Assembly: GCA_950097015.1 (NCBI GenBank)
Contig: CATNEN010000002.1
Span: forward strand, 2,976,001-3,040,000
Direction: 5' to 3'
Length of the DNA: 64,000 nucleotides
Source of the DNA: Macrostomum hystrix
Taxonomy: Eukaryota > Animalia > Platyhelminthes
This document shows positions 11,478 through 23,205 of the stretch, one piece after another. The notes under the pieces were generated by a model. It did not search any database, was not told the DNA's origin, and saw only the letters and a program-made list of their open reading frames with translations. Each line of letters starts with the position of its first letter. Within the stretch, counting starts at the first letter, position 1. A program made the translations under genes and the position numbers.

Positions 11478-11709
11478 AACTATTAGTGCAAAGGGCAACC
11501 TGGACTTATACGGTGCTTTATCGCTGTCTGATTTGCGCAAAATTCTATCCAGCGCAACTTATGAACCTGAATCGTTTTCTGCTTTAATCTGTAAACTTCC
11601 CTTTTGCAAATTTTTGCTTTTCCATAACGGCTCATTTGTTCTGAGCGGAGCTCGCTCTCTGCGACAATTGCGTTCTGATGCTGAGCATCTAGCAGCTCTC
11701 ATCAAGTGA
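11146..11709 (+). CDS. Divergent intronless TATA-binding-protein-like gene (187 aa, core fold only)
   Basis: Two TBP half-repeats: VTNLVG...YRP...TLLLYPTGQLSICGAKS..DAARAARRF and ATYEPESFSALI...FLLFHNGSFVLSGARS. aaaATG start; AATAAA at 11721-11726. Confidence 0.85.
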   Translation: MSAGATTLSVTNLVGGVDLKLVGGRGAQLPLRELALSMAHVIYRPVWPRVLIKQMRNSRVTLLLYPTGQLSICGAKSYADAARAARRFVAMLHRRVPVQLLPPQSICVRIKTISAKGNLDLYGALSLSDLRKILSSATYEPESFSALICKLPFCKFLLFHNGSFVLSGARSLRQLRSDAEHLAALIK

Positions 11710-13364
11710 CTTGAATAATCAATAAATGTATGTGAAAGGCTGAGCACTGGATCCGCTTTGAATTCAATGTAATTTTTGGAAGAATAGAAGCCAAATAAAA
11801 ATTTCGCAAAGGCTTCTTCTTTTAATGCAAGCAAAGAGTTCGGTAAGTTCATGCATATGTAGCAGACCTCTCAGCTCTCTCTATTTGTTGGATTTGGGAT
11901 TGGTGAGCTGAGTATTTTGGGGGGATGGTAGCGTAAGTTATGAGGGTGAGAATAGGTATTTTCCACGCTTTTCGGGTTACACCTAAGGTAGCGCTAATGC
12001 CCGAGCGGCAAGACACTAGCTACTAACAATGGGAGAGGAATCGACTGTTGCTGGCACGATGGCTTAGGTCACTAATCTGGGGCACACAGTCCGTGGGGCG
12101 TATCAGGATGGATTGAAGTTGCCTGGTGAACGTCCTTCGCACTCTCACTTACTTTCCTCTATGGGGTCCGGGATTAGTACAGTCTCATGAGGGATAAAGG
12201 CGGAGTTTTGGGACTTCAGGGGGGTATTTAGATAACTTTAGGTGGACTTCAGATAGACTTCAGGTGGACTTTTAGACGGGATTTTAGGACGATATTTTGG
12301 GATTTCAAAGGGATCATATAATAGGGTGGATTTGGGTAAAGAAGGCCGACGAGAGATCTTTGGGAGAGGATTGGAAAGGCAAAGGTATCTTAACTGTTTT
12401 CCTCTTATTAGGAAAATAACTAAGGAACTCGATCTATTTAATAGCGAAACAGGGAAAGAGTTAGGAAGTGTAATCACTTATATTTTCGTAGAGCAAAACG
12501 TCAAGAACGTATAGCAGGTTAAACAGGGGTAACAGGGTAAACAGAGTTAACCATTGTTAACGGTGTGGTTGGGGATCGAGGTGAAGATCGCATTATATTT
12601 TTCTCTGTGTATATATATACCAAAATTGGGGTGGGTGCATGTTCCGCTTGAGTGCGCATACAACGAACAAAGAGCACCGCGTTAGGTTACGACAAATAGC
12701 TAGCGCGTGAGAAAAAGTGGCGTGAGTTCAAAATGGAAGTGTCCTAATTACTCACTGCCTCACATATGTTGTAGTGCTTCTTCTATTTGTACTTCATTAG
12801 TAATTCAAATCCTCCTCTTTAGTAATACATAATGTAAATGGTTAGCCTAACCTCCTTATTTATTGTCTTTAGTCACTTATAGTGACCTATACAGTCATTA
12901 TACCGCACTCCTTGTTGGTTGGATTGATTCAAACTACTGATAGCTTGGGTAGCGTGGCTTTCAACACGATAGATCTGGCCTTCTGCCAGTAATGTTCTAG
13001 ATACTAAATCTAGGTAATTCTGGAGACACTGCTCTCAGGTGTTTCAGGCAATTCAGTCAGATATTTCGGGCTCTCTGGCCAGTCTGTACTCGGGCTTTCC
13101 CCGGATCGGATTGTTCACGGCTTCCACTTACTTTAGAAATAAGTAAGGCGTGTAAGATTGCTCACGAGGAGATTTGAACTGTCTCTTATAAAAGGCTTGA
13201 AACGGTTAACTGTTCCTAGTGAATTCGGTCTATATTTATAGTAGCATTTCCTACTACGCTGGGTATATACTCAGTATATTTACGCAAGTTAAACAAATCT
13301 AAATAGGTCAAATATTATTGATATAAGCGTAGCATATTTTTAGCGCGGATTTAAACTAGCCTGT

Positions 13365-14902
13365 TGTAATGAAAGGTGAAATGGCAGGCCGCGATTTGAA
13401 CGATAATCAACTAGAGTGCTGAATCAGCGCACGAACCCTTACGACTCACTGATCGATTTATTATATATTAAAGTATTCTTCATTATAACAAACAGTATTA
13501 ATAAAGGTACACATATTGGTAAACAATAAATAATAAGTGCATAGTGAATGCACAGTAATATGCATATAGTCTGAATACATGTAATAGCCAAAAACAAATA
13601 CAACTGAAATACAAAAGTGCGCCTATATTTGAAATAGATAGGCAAATACATTATATTGCCCTCCTCATAGAAAAGACAATGTCCACATTGTTAATAATAG
13701 TACAAAAGAATGTCTAAAAAATACCTATGATATATACAGTACATTAAATTATAAGAATAAATATTACATTCCCAACTTGACATTAACATGTAGGGTTACA
13801 AGAACACAAAAATTGTCTGGTCCCTAATGAAAAGCAAGTTACAAGCACAGTGCATGAGAGACAATGCAGAAAGTATTGCTCAGATACTCAGATACAACCA
13901 GAACCAACAGGGCTAAACAGAGCCCTCAGTTCTCCCCACCACAACCAGCACAGAGCACAAAGCATAGCATGAAGCAAGCAAAAACACTTTATATAGAAAG
14001 TAATTGCCTGAAGATACTGCCGTGATACACTGCCATTGGGTGATACTTTACAATCAACACGAAATACAGTACAAAATTGACAAAGTTATATTGAAAAGTA
14101 AGTGAGCGTGGAGATTTCCACATTAATACAGTATAAAATACCTAAGAAAGATTACTGTATTAAAAATACTAAGTGAGATGCAAGACATTAAAACCAAAAC
14201 AAATTATAAATGAATAGGACGCAGTTTCAATATATTTGAAGACATTTGACAGACATTTTAAAAACAGCAAAAATAATAGTGAAATCAAATCTCATTGTGG
14301 CTTGACACATTAGATTTTGAATGCAAAGGGCTTACCCGAAACTAAAATAAATATATATTATTACAATGCAACATAAATAAAATCACTAAAGATGGACAAA
14401 AAAACAACAATAAGCAGTAATATTACTCTGCCTTTAAAACTTCCTGTGCAATTCCGACACTGCCCGTGGCGTCCCTGCCGCGATTGGCTGGCTTCATGGC
14501 ATTAGCCAGATACCTGCAGGCTCGCGCTGATTGGCTGGCTGCATGCTGAAGGAGTCAGAAGGATCCAGCGGAGTCCACTCATGGAATCCAGGTCCTGGCG
14601 TGGTCGCCAATTGTAATGAAAGGTGAAATGGCAGGCCGCGATTTGAACGATAATCAACTAGAGTGCTGAATCAGCGCACGAACCCTTACGACTCACTGAT
14701 CGATTAATTATATATTAAAGTATTCTTCATTATAACAAACAGTATTAATAAAGGTACACATATTGGTAAACAATAAATAATAAGTGCATAGTGAATGCAC
14801 AGTAATATGCATATAGTCTGAATACATGTAATAGCCAAAAACAAATACAACTGAAATACAAAAGTGCGCCTATATTTGAAATAGATAGGCAAATACATTA
14901 TA
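13365..14902 (-). mobile_element. Small non-coding LTR element (TRIM-like), 291-bp LTRs
   Basis: LTRs 14612-14902 and 13365-13655 (1 mismatch seen), ending ATTACA on -. 18-nt PBS TGGCGACCACGCCAGGAC at 14592-14609 (tRNA-Arg(TCG)-like). PPT GAGGAGGGCAA at 13656-13666. No TSD found. Confidence 0.85.
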
Positions 14903-17900
14903 CTACTACACATACATTCCACTAACACACAGAAAATACGAGCGTACTCCATCCATCGCTCGTCGCATAAAAGACAAAAAAAATATCGTGAAAACTATGA
15001 AAAATAGAAAAATCAATTCCCGTCACCTCATCAATTGACTTTGAAAAATTTTAATTGCAGCGGAATTCTTACATAAATAAAAAGGACAAAATACAAGAAG
15101 ACCAAATACAATACTTAGAACGAACTTAAATGAACACCCAAATTCAGACATCAGATCCAATTTCCAATGGACTGCTTAGAGTTTTGCACATGAAAGGAAA
15201 AAGAATAATCATTCATGCAGTCTGAGGTAACTTGGCTGAGGTGCCGAGAGGAGACTACTCGACTTCGGCTACTGCTGCTTCTGTTGCTGGCTTTTCTTCT
15301 TCACCTCAAGCTGCTCTCTTTGCAACTGCCTTTTAGCAGCCCGAATAATCCTCCACCTGTTGGCCTCCTGCTTCTTTTTATCGGAGCTCACGATGGTGTG
15401 GCCGCGGTGGTAGCTTGGAACTCTACCACTTGCAATTCTCTCCACGTTGCTGCACTCGTCTCGTGCTAGCCAGCAGGAAGCGCGGCACAGGGTTCTCATG
15501 GTGCCGAGGTGGAATGCCTCCGAGCTGGCAGACTTCGCAGGTCAAACAAATTTCAAAGAGCCCATTATCGCAGCTCGAAAATAATTTTTTTGTTGTCATG
15601 GTAGCGAGTTAAAATGTAAATGCTGAACTATGCTTAGTTGTCTTAAGCAAGAAACGGATTGTGTGGATAGAATGTATGCAAATATTTTTATTTCGACTCC
15701 TTAATATACTCGATTCAAACTCCCCGCGGCCGCCATTTATGGCTACTTTAATGAATTATTGCTGCAGTGCAGGCATTGCTTGCATACCTATTGCGAGCCA
15801 ACTTAACAACAACAACAGTGCCTGCGCACCAGTGCGCCAGCACAGCTATCAACCCCACAACAATCCAGAGCCCTACTCGATCTCGAACCCCAAATTATCA
15901 GACTGGCCTCAATAAAGCGATTGGGAGGGTCACCTGCTAATTAGCCAGGGCTGGCGGACCAATCGCAAACAGGTAAACAGGTAGACACTAGAGAGACCTC
16001 CTCCCCAAGGCCATTTTTAAACCCTCCAGTGGCTACCGTCATGGATACCGCCATGGTTGACTTCATCCCATCCCATCAGTAAGTTCCCATGCCTCCTATC
16101 TCCCCAGTGTCGGCAGAATTCTGTTAGGCAGGCATCCCATCACAGAATCCCTTCAGTCGCCAGCAACAGGCAGCAACCCCACCCCATGCCTCCCCACCCT
16201 CCACACTCTGGATTGGCCGCCACACTCCACCCCAATGCTTTCCTCCTTTCTCCTTCCTCCACTGCACTGGGATAGGCGGCACCTCTACACTCCAAAATAC
16301 ACTGCCGGGATAGCCTCCTATCTCGACGATATAATAATGTCTTGTATCAAATCGTTGAGAGACGATTGCTCAGATTATAAGTAAGGTGACCGTGTGAGCA
16401 CGAAAGTCGAACAATCACTGACCTCGATTTTCCGTCCCGCTTTATATACCCACATTTTCAGTGGTTGTAATATAATATATCGTTTACTACCATATTTTAT
16501 TTTCTCCGTCCCGCAACACCATAATAGATAAAAATGCATCATGCCGATGGTTGTAAACAAGTAAACCTTGCACCCAACTGACCCGTTAGTTTCCAAAACA
16601 AGCCATAGATCAAAGCTTATCCGCCGCTCCAGCATAAGCATAAAGTTACTTGAGCTGTGTTTATAAACAACTTTTATCATTTCACTTTAATGCGCTTTTT
16701 TTTATTTTTTTTGTACAATATTTTAGTTGCTATCTACAGATTTTATTAGCTATCTTGTTTTTATAGATAGCGTCCTTTTCAGTAGCCGTGCGGCGAACTC
16801 GACGCGGAGTGGGGTGCTCTCAAGTAGACAAAGAGATTGGCCAGCATCTCCTCTCATCTCTGCTGCGCTAGCTGTACCCAGTGTAAAGTGCCAGTGACCC
16901 ATAAGTTTGGTATCTTAGCCCAGGAGCCAGCAAAGAAACTATACTAAACTGGGTGATATCTCAACTATAGAAGTCACAACGTATACAAGTTGCTTTGCGC
17001 GTATGAAGCGATTGTGGATGATGGGGCTCGAGGGCTCAGTCCTCAGGGGCACCCCACGGACCCGGGCTTGCGTACTGACCCTGGCTACGGTCGTTCCTAC
17101 CGACCCGCTTACGACACAGAGTCGGCTGGACTAGGCAGATCGAGCGTGCGACGCACGACAGCCTCCAGCGAGCGTACGACGCACACTGGTGGAGGTGGGG
17201 ATCAGCGTACGACGCTCCACTTCCTCTAGGGTGCCTAAAGCTAGCCCGCAAAGGACAAACACGGAGTCGAAGGCTTACCTGTACACAATATATACTGCAA
17301 CCAGCAGTTCACAACAGTCGCGCGGCGCAGGCAGGGCCGGATGACCAGAGGTCAAACCCGTGTATTGTTAATCAGTCGAGTATCGTAAATCGGACAGAGC
17401 AGCGTTCCCGTAGAGGGGGGCCCAGGCAGTCGTTGTTTTTAGGCGGCGTATGTAGTTGTCTTGAGGGGGGCCGGCGGTGGCAGAGGCCGAGGTCCAGCGC
17501 TCCACAATAAATAGCACCCCTGGGAAAGACCAGGGCTAAAGCCCCACCCCCTAGGGGCCAGGGCAGACCCAAGACCCCAAAACACGGCCCCGCCAATCAG
17601 CGCAGCGCACGCATAAATCACTAGGGGTACAGCAACCGGTGTAAGCCGGCTGAGTGACAAATAACAGGGGGGAGAGGTGCAGGGTCAAAATGGCCCAGCC
17701 AATCAGCGCGGCGCAGGCCGAGATAAAATACAACCGCTGGGGGGGGTTCACTCACGCACTATAGGTGCATTGGGCACCTTAATTAAGCCCAGTCACCTCA
17801 CGATAAAAAAAATTTAACACACTCACTGTACATGTCATCATGCAATTTGTGTCTGCACAGTTTATTGGACAGCATTAGTGCTCTACAAATCGAATAATTG

Positions 17901-17984
17901 CCCGAGCGCCAAGACACTACACAAGTTTACACGTGCGCATTTTGTACAAGTTTACACTATTTGATAAGATTATCAAGTTCACGA

Positions 17985-18211
17985 CCAGTCAGCGGGCCGG
18001 TTTAGAACGGGCCAGTGAGCGGGCCAACCAGCGGGCCGATCTGCGGGTCGGTTTCAAGCGGGCCATTAGCGGGCTAATTAGTGGGCTTCTGAGCGGGCCG
18101 GGTTTCAGCGGGCCAATTTGTTGTAAAAGGCCTGTAATACGGGCCGATTTGCTTCGGCCCGCAAATGGCCCGCTCAAAAGCCCGCTGAGGCCCGCTCAGT
18201 TTTCAACCGGG
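17985..18211. mobile_element. Terminus of a DNA transposon (CMC/EnSpm-like): GCGGGCC subterminal repeats ending TTTTCAACCGGG
   Basis: About 15 GCGGGCC/GGCCCGC motifs in both orientations ending in a CCC-type terminal sequence; same layout as the end at 50485. Confidence 0.5.
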
Positions 18212-18612
18212 TATCCTACATGTTCTGTAGCTGTATTCTATCCTACATGTTCTGTAGCTGTATTCTATCCTACATGTTCTGTAGCTGTATTCTATCCTAC
18301 ATGTTCTGTAGCTCTGTATTCTATCCTACATGTTCTGTAGCTCTGTATTCTATCCTACATGTTCTGTAGCTCTGTATTCTATCCTACATGTTCTGTAGCT
18401 GTATTCTATCCTACATGTTCTGTAGCTGTATTCTATCCTACATGTTCTGTAGCTGTATTCTATCCTACATGTTCTGTAGCTCTGTATTCTATCCTACATG
18501 TTCTGTAGCTCTGTATTCTATCCTACATGTTCTGTAGCTCTGTATTCTATCCTACATGTTCTGTAGCTGTATTCTATCCTACATGTTCTGTAGCTGTATT
18601 CTATCCTACATT
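18212..18612. repeat. 27/29-bp minisatellite TATCCTACATGTTCTGTAGC(TC)TGTATTC x~14
   Basis: Directly visible. Confidence 0.95.
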
Positions 18613-19566
18613 CTGACTGAGGGATGTTGTACAGGTGACTGCGGAAGGCCTCGACAGCCAGCTCCGGCGACTCAAACTGAACTCCTCAGAGCAGGCGCTT
18701 GACCCGAGGGAACACAAAGAAGTCGCACGGAGCCAGGTCTGGACTGTAGAGTGGATGTTGAAGCTGCTGGATGCGGTTCTGCTCCATAAACTCCATCGTT
18801 GGCCGCGCAGTGTGGGCTGGGGCATTGTCCTGGTAGAGCAACAGGCCGCGAGTTCAAGTCTTTGAACATCTCTCGTCGATGGCGTGTAGCACCTTCGGCA
18901 TACATTCAGTAACATACCATCCGGCAGTCACTGTCCGCTGTGTTACCAGCGGGATCAGGGCCTCAGGACTGCTACTAGCCACAAAAGCAGCCACCATCTG
19001 TTCGGCGTCGCTTCAGGACCGCACCAGCTTTGAGGGCGGCCGGCTGCCAACTGGGGTCCACTGAGTCGACTGCTGCTTGCTTTCGGGGTCGAAACTGAAC
19101 ACCCCAGGTTTCATCACCAGTGACGATCTCCCAGGTGCTCGTTGACCTCCCACTGTCAAATCTGTTTAGCATGGCTTGGCACCAATCGACCCGGGCCTGC
19201 TTCTGCTCCTTGGTCAGGTGGTGGGGTACCCAACGGGCGGATACCTTGCTCAGCCTGAGCTTTTCGTGCAAAATGGTGGAGCTGCTTTCTGATGAAATGC
19301 CGATAGCTGTGGCCAGTTGCTAAACCGTCATTCGCGGATCTTCTTCAATCAGTGCTCGCACTGCAGCAACGTTTTCATCGGTCGCCGAGCTTGGAGGTCG
19401 TCCATCTCGAGCTTCGTCTTCAAGCGACAGCCAAACCCAACGAAATTCGGCTGTTGTTCTGGAAGGCGCAGTGTCGCGGAATGCCTGGTGAAGCCGTTCC
19501 AAGCGTCTGACCTCTTTTGTAGTTGTAGTAAATCATCGCTCTCCAGTGATTGCGCGACAGTTGCAT
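18613..19566 (-). pseudogene. Mariner transposase (D,D34D), frameshifted, 3' end lost at the minisatellite
   Basis: Start MQLSRNHWRAMIYYNYKRG, WVPHHL, IVTGDETW, QDNAPAH and YSPDLAPCDF, with 34 residues counted between D2 and D3. Confidence 0.92.
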
Positions 19567-19855
19567 TGTTGTGTAGCTGTATTCAATCGTTCAAATCTGT
19601 TTTTTAATTACTGTATTTTTTTTATTAGCGCCCGATTCCTTCATAAAAAACAAGGAATATTTTACAAACAAACTCTTATTTATATAGAAAAAACGGTTAA
19701 ATATTGAGCGGTTAGAAATATTAACCTTGACAAGTCAGAGTTTCTAGTTTTTTGACGGGCACTTTTGGGAACTGCACTTTTAACAATCAGAGTAACTGTG
19801 CCAGTTAAAGTTAAGGATTTCAATGATCTCCAATAGAAAATGGCACATGCCAAAG

Positions 19856-22800
19856 CTACATCAGGTTGTCATTTTTCTCCTCCTTAGTTCCGATCCTGGC
19901 AATCTCAGTGGTGCAGCGAATCACAATAACCCTGCTTCCGGTGGCTGCGTCAACCGCGTACAAATGCGTGGCTCGCTTAGCGCTGCGACTGCTGGCGCAG
20001 GCCATTGGGCCGGGCACGAAAAGCCCCTGATTGGTCGCGGAGCTGGAGTTTTCGCTGTAGATTTCGCCCACATTCATCTGCGTGTCCTCCAGCCAGTTTT
20101 GCGCCCAGCCGGTGTTGGTGAGATCCGGCTCAAAGTCTGGGTGCCACACCGCGTAGATTGTCGGCCCGCCTGTAGCCGCGAACACCATCTGATGAGCCGA
20201 GTCGCATGCCATGCCGAGCAGACTCACCGGAGTCTCGGAGTCCAACAGCTGCGAGTAGCTGTGACTGCTGCGGTTCAGAGAGATGAGTCTTGAGTCATCT
20301 GTGCTGGTACATTATGCACAGTGCTGGTAGGTTGTGTGCAGTGCTTGTAGATTGTGTGCAGTGCTAGTAGATTGTGTGCAGTGCTAGTAGAGTGTGTTTG
20401 CAGTGCTGGTAGATTGTGTGCAGTGCTGGTAGAGTGTGTTTGCAGTGCTGGTAGATTGTGTGCAGTGCTGGTAGAGTGTGTTTGCTGTGCTGGTAGAGTG
20501 TGTTTGCTGTGCTGGTAGAGTGTGTTTGCTGTGCTGGTAGATTTTGTGCAGTGCTGGTAGAGTGTGTTTGCAGTGCTGGTAGATTGTGTACAGTGCTGGT
20601 AGAGTGTGTTTGCTGTGCTGGTAGAGTGTGTTTGCTGTGCTGGTAGAGTGTGTTTGCAGTGCTTGTAGATTTTGTGCAGTGCTGGTAGAGTGTGTTTGCA
20701 GTGCTGGTAGATTGTGTGCAGTGCTGGTAGATTGTCTGCAGTGCTGGTAGATTGTGTGCAGTGCTGGTAGATTGTGTGCAGTGCTGATAGAGTGTGTTTG
20801 CAGTGCTGGTAGAGTGTGTTTGCAGTGCTGGTAGATTGTGTACAGTGCTGGTAGAGTGTGTTTGCAGTGCTGGTAGATTGTGTGCAGTGCTGGTAGATTG
20901 TGTGCAGTGCTGGTAGATTGTGTGCAGTGCTTGTAGATTGTGTTCAGTGCTTGTAGATTTTGTGCAGTGCTGGTAGAGTGTGTTTGCAGTGCTGGTAAAG
21001 TGTGTTTGCAGTGCTGGTAGATTGTGTGCAGTGCTGGTAGATTGTATGCAGTGCTTGTAGATTGTGTTCAGTGCTTGTAGATTTTGTGCTGGTAGATTGT
21101 GTGCAGTGCTTGTAGATTGTGTACAGTGCTTGTAGATTTTGTGCAGTGCTGGTAGAGTGTGTTTGCAGTGCTGGTAGATTGTGTGCAGTGCTGGTAGATT
21201 GTGTGCAGTGCTGATAGAGTGTGTTTGCAGTGCTGGTAGAGTGTGTTTGCAGTGCTGGTAGATTGTGTACAGTGCTGGTAGAGTGTGTTTGCAGTGCTGG
21301 TAGATTGTGTACAGTGCTGGTAGAGTGTGTTTGCAGTGCTGGTAGATTGTGTACAGTGCTTGTAGATTTTGTAACACTGGCACTGATAGGATAGGTCACG
21401 TTCTGATTTGGTAAATCACCTGAGGCAGATCTGCCTATTAATAGCGGCCTGCTGTTGCGCAACGTCTGGCGAGACGAACGTCCTCGCTCCGATGGTGCGC
21501 CACACGAGCTGGTCCCTTTTCTCGAAGCACTTCGAGCGGTAGCGGAGCTTTCGGGCGGTTGATTAATTAGCAGCATCACAGGTGTGCATTGAGTACACAC
21601 TGCCTGACCCATTCAGTACACACTGCCTGACCCATTCGGTACACACTGCCTGACCCATTCAGTACACACTGCCTGACCCATTCAGTACGCACTGCCTGAC
21701 CCATTCAGTACACACTGCCTGACCCATTCAGTACACACTGCCTGACCCATTCGGTACTCAATCCCTACCATAATGTCACCAGCTGAGTTCATCAGGTAGA
21801 TAAACTGCCTACTCAGGCAAACGTTGAGCAGTTCCTCAGTGAGTGAGTAGCAGCGGTCCACCACACTCGTGTCGCTCAGGTCGGACAGGTAGGCTTTATG
21901 GAGTCTGTCGGGATACAGAAGCACGGCGGAGTTATTTTGCTCATCAGCGGCCATGCAGCGAACATCGCCAGCGCGCACGGCCTGGTGCAAATATTCCACT
22001 TGACCCATTGATGGTGGGCGGCTGTAGGCTGTGAGGAGGCTGCTGTTGGCGCGATGCTGCCAATGCTTTTGTCTGCTGTTCAGTGTTCAAGTTTTAACGA
22101 TGTTCTTAACAATGTCCTGCCAGGGAGCTTGTTGGCCAGTGGTTAAAGCATGCGGCTTGCGACCGAGAGGCAAGGCAGGGATTCGAGTCTCAGCTAAAGA
22201 TAGCATCGTATCCTTACAATAATTAAAACACTAGATTCGGGATTGCTTCAGTTCATATAGCTGTTAAATAGGCAGCCTTATCAGCTGGAGTATTACAATA
22301 CAACTATTCTTAAGTATCAAGTATTATATTACGTACGTTTAAATAATATATATTTTTTATTTCTTATTTTTTATTTACATATAGGGTTGCAGAAGGGGGT
22401 CAGTGGCAGAGCGGTCTAACGCGTTTGCCTCTCGCACCAAGGTCCTAAGTTCGATTCCACGGCGAGGCCACATTTATTTGGGGCGCGGCCGCGGAGAGAA
22501 GGCTTTGGGGGCTTGTCGTGCAATTTACGCCATTGAGGGCCAACCTCCAAGGCACAGTGACAGTGTGCAATGCCTGGCGATGAAAAAGTCAGGGCAGATG
22601 TACACACCTGTGTGAGTTTTCTATATCTGCTATCTTCAGTAAAACGACTTCCCTGAAGGTCAGAAACTTCAAGGGTGTTAGGTCGCTAATGATTCTTTGT
22701 ATTAATCATGTTAAAGTGTGTCACACTCACATTTGCTTCGGCTGTTTCTTTTGCTGGTGCATCAGCAATGACCGAGATGCGTTAGCATGCTGCCTAAACA

Positions 22801-23205
22801 GCTGGCTGGACAAGCGGAAGTAGCGCAACTGTCTGTGACTCAGCAGCAGGTAGGAGCCGTCGCTGCAGCAGGTGATCAGGCGGCAGTTTTGACCATCTGA
22901 GGCGATAATAAGGAGAGAGTTCAATGCATGCGCTCTTTCTAGCTGTGTAACAGTTAGCTGTACCAAACACAATCGTGTCTTCATGGTCTCACAGTTTACT
23001 CACAGTTGGTAACCCTGTAAGGTTGCTCCGTAGCCTGCACTAAGCCGCTAAGCGCATCCCACTTATAATGCAGGAGTCCTTTGCTCCTGCAGGCGAACAT
23101 GACCTCGCCCAGAACTTCATTGACGTCCAGGGAGCAGCAGGCGTGATCGGGCGGCAGCGGGAACTGCTGGACGACCTCCCAGCTGAGTCGGTAAGTTTGT
23201 TTCAT
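19856..23205 (-). CDS. Unknown 4-exon gene (~436 aa, possibly beta-propeller), disrupted by an 11-nt insertion in exon 1
   Basis: Model 23205-22731, 22075-21769, 21547-21420, 20267-19856. All junctions are GT-AG with matching phases and total 437 codons once the 11-nt insert near 22997 is removed. Confidence 0.6.
20300..21375. repeat. Intronic 20/22-bp minisatellite (GTGCTGGTAGATTGTGTGCA / GTGCTGGTAGAGTGTGTTTGCA)
   Basis: Directly visible; source of spurious ORF 20364-21383. Confidence 0.95.
21590..21756. repeat. Intronic 23-bp minisatellite CCCATTCAGTACACACTGCCTGA x~7
   Basis: Directly visible. Confidence 0.95.
22123..22195 (+). mobile_element. Degenerate tRNA-derived (SINE-head-like) sequence
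   Basis: A-box-like TGGCCAGTGGTTAAAGC and B-box-like GGATTCGAGTC; no proper acceptor stem. Confidence 0.45.
22395..22470 (+). mobile_element. tRNA-derived SINE head
   Basis: A box TGGCAGAGCGGTCTAACGC and B box AGTTCGATTCC; resembles the head at 58891-58950. Confidence 0.6.

Noticed and set aside
19748-19759. TTTTTTGACGGG, exact reverse complement of the CACTA left end at 50485
   Set aside because: The two face outward, so they cannot bound one element; no subterminal repeats adjoin it; it may be a mariner end or chance.
22123-22470. Functional tRNA genes
   Set aside because: A and B boxes are present but acceptor and anticodon stems do not pair; better explained as SINE heads.
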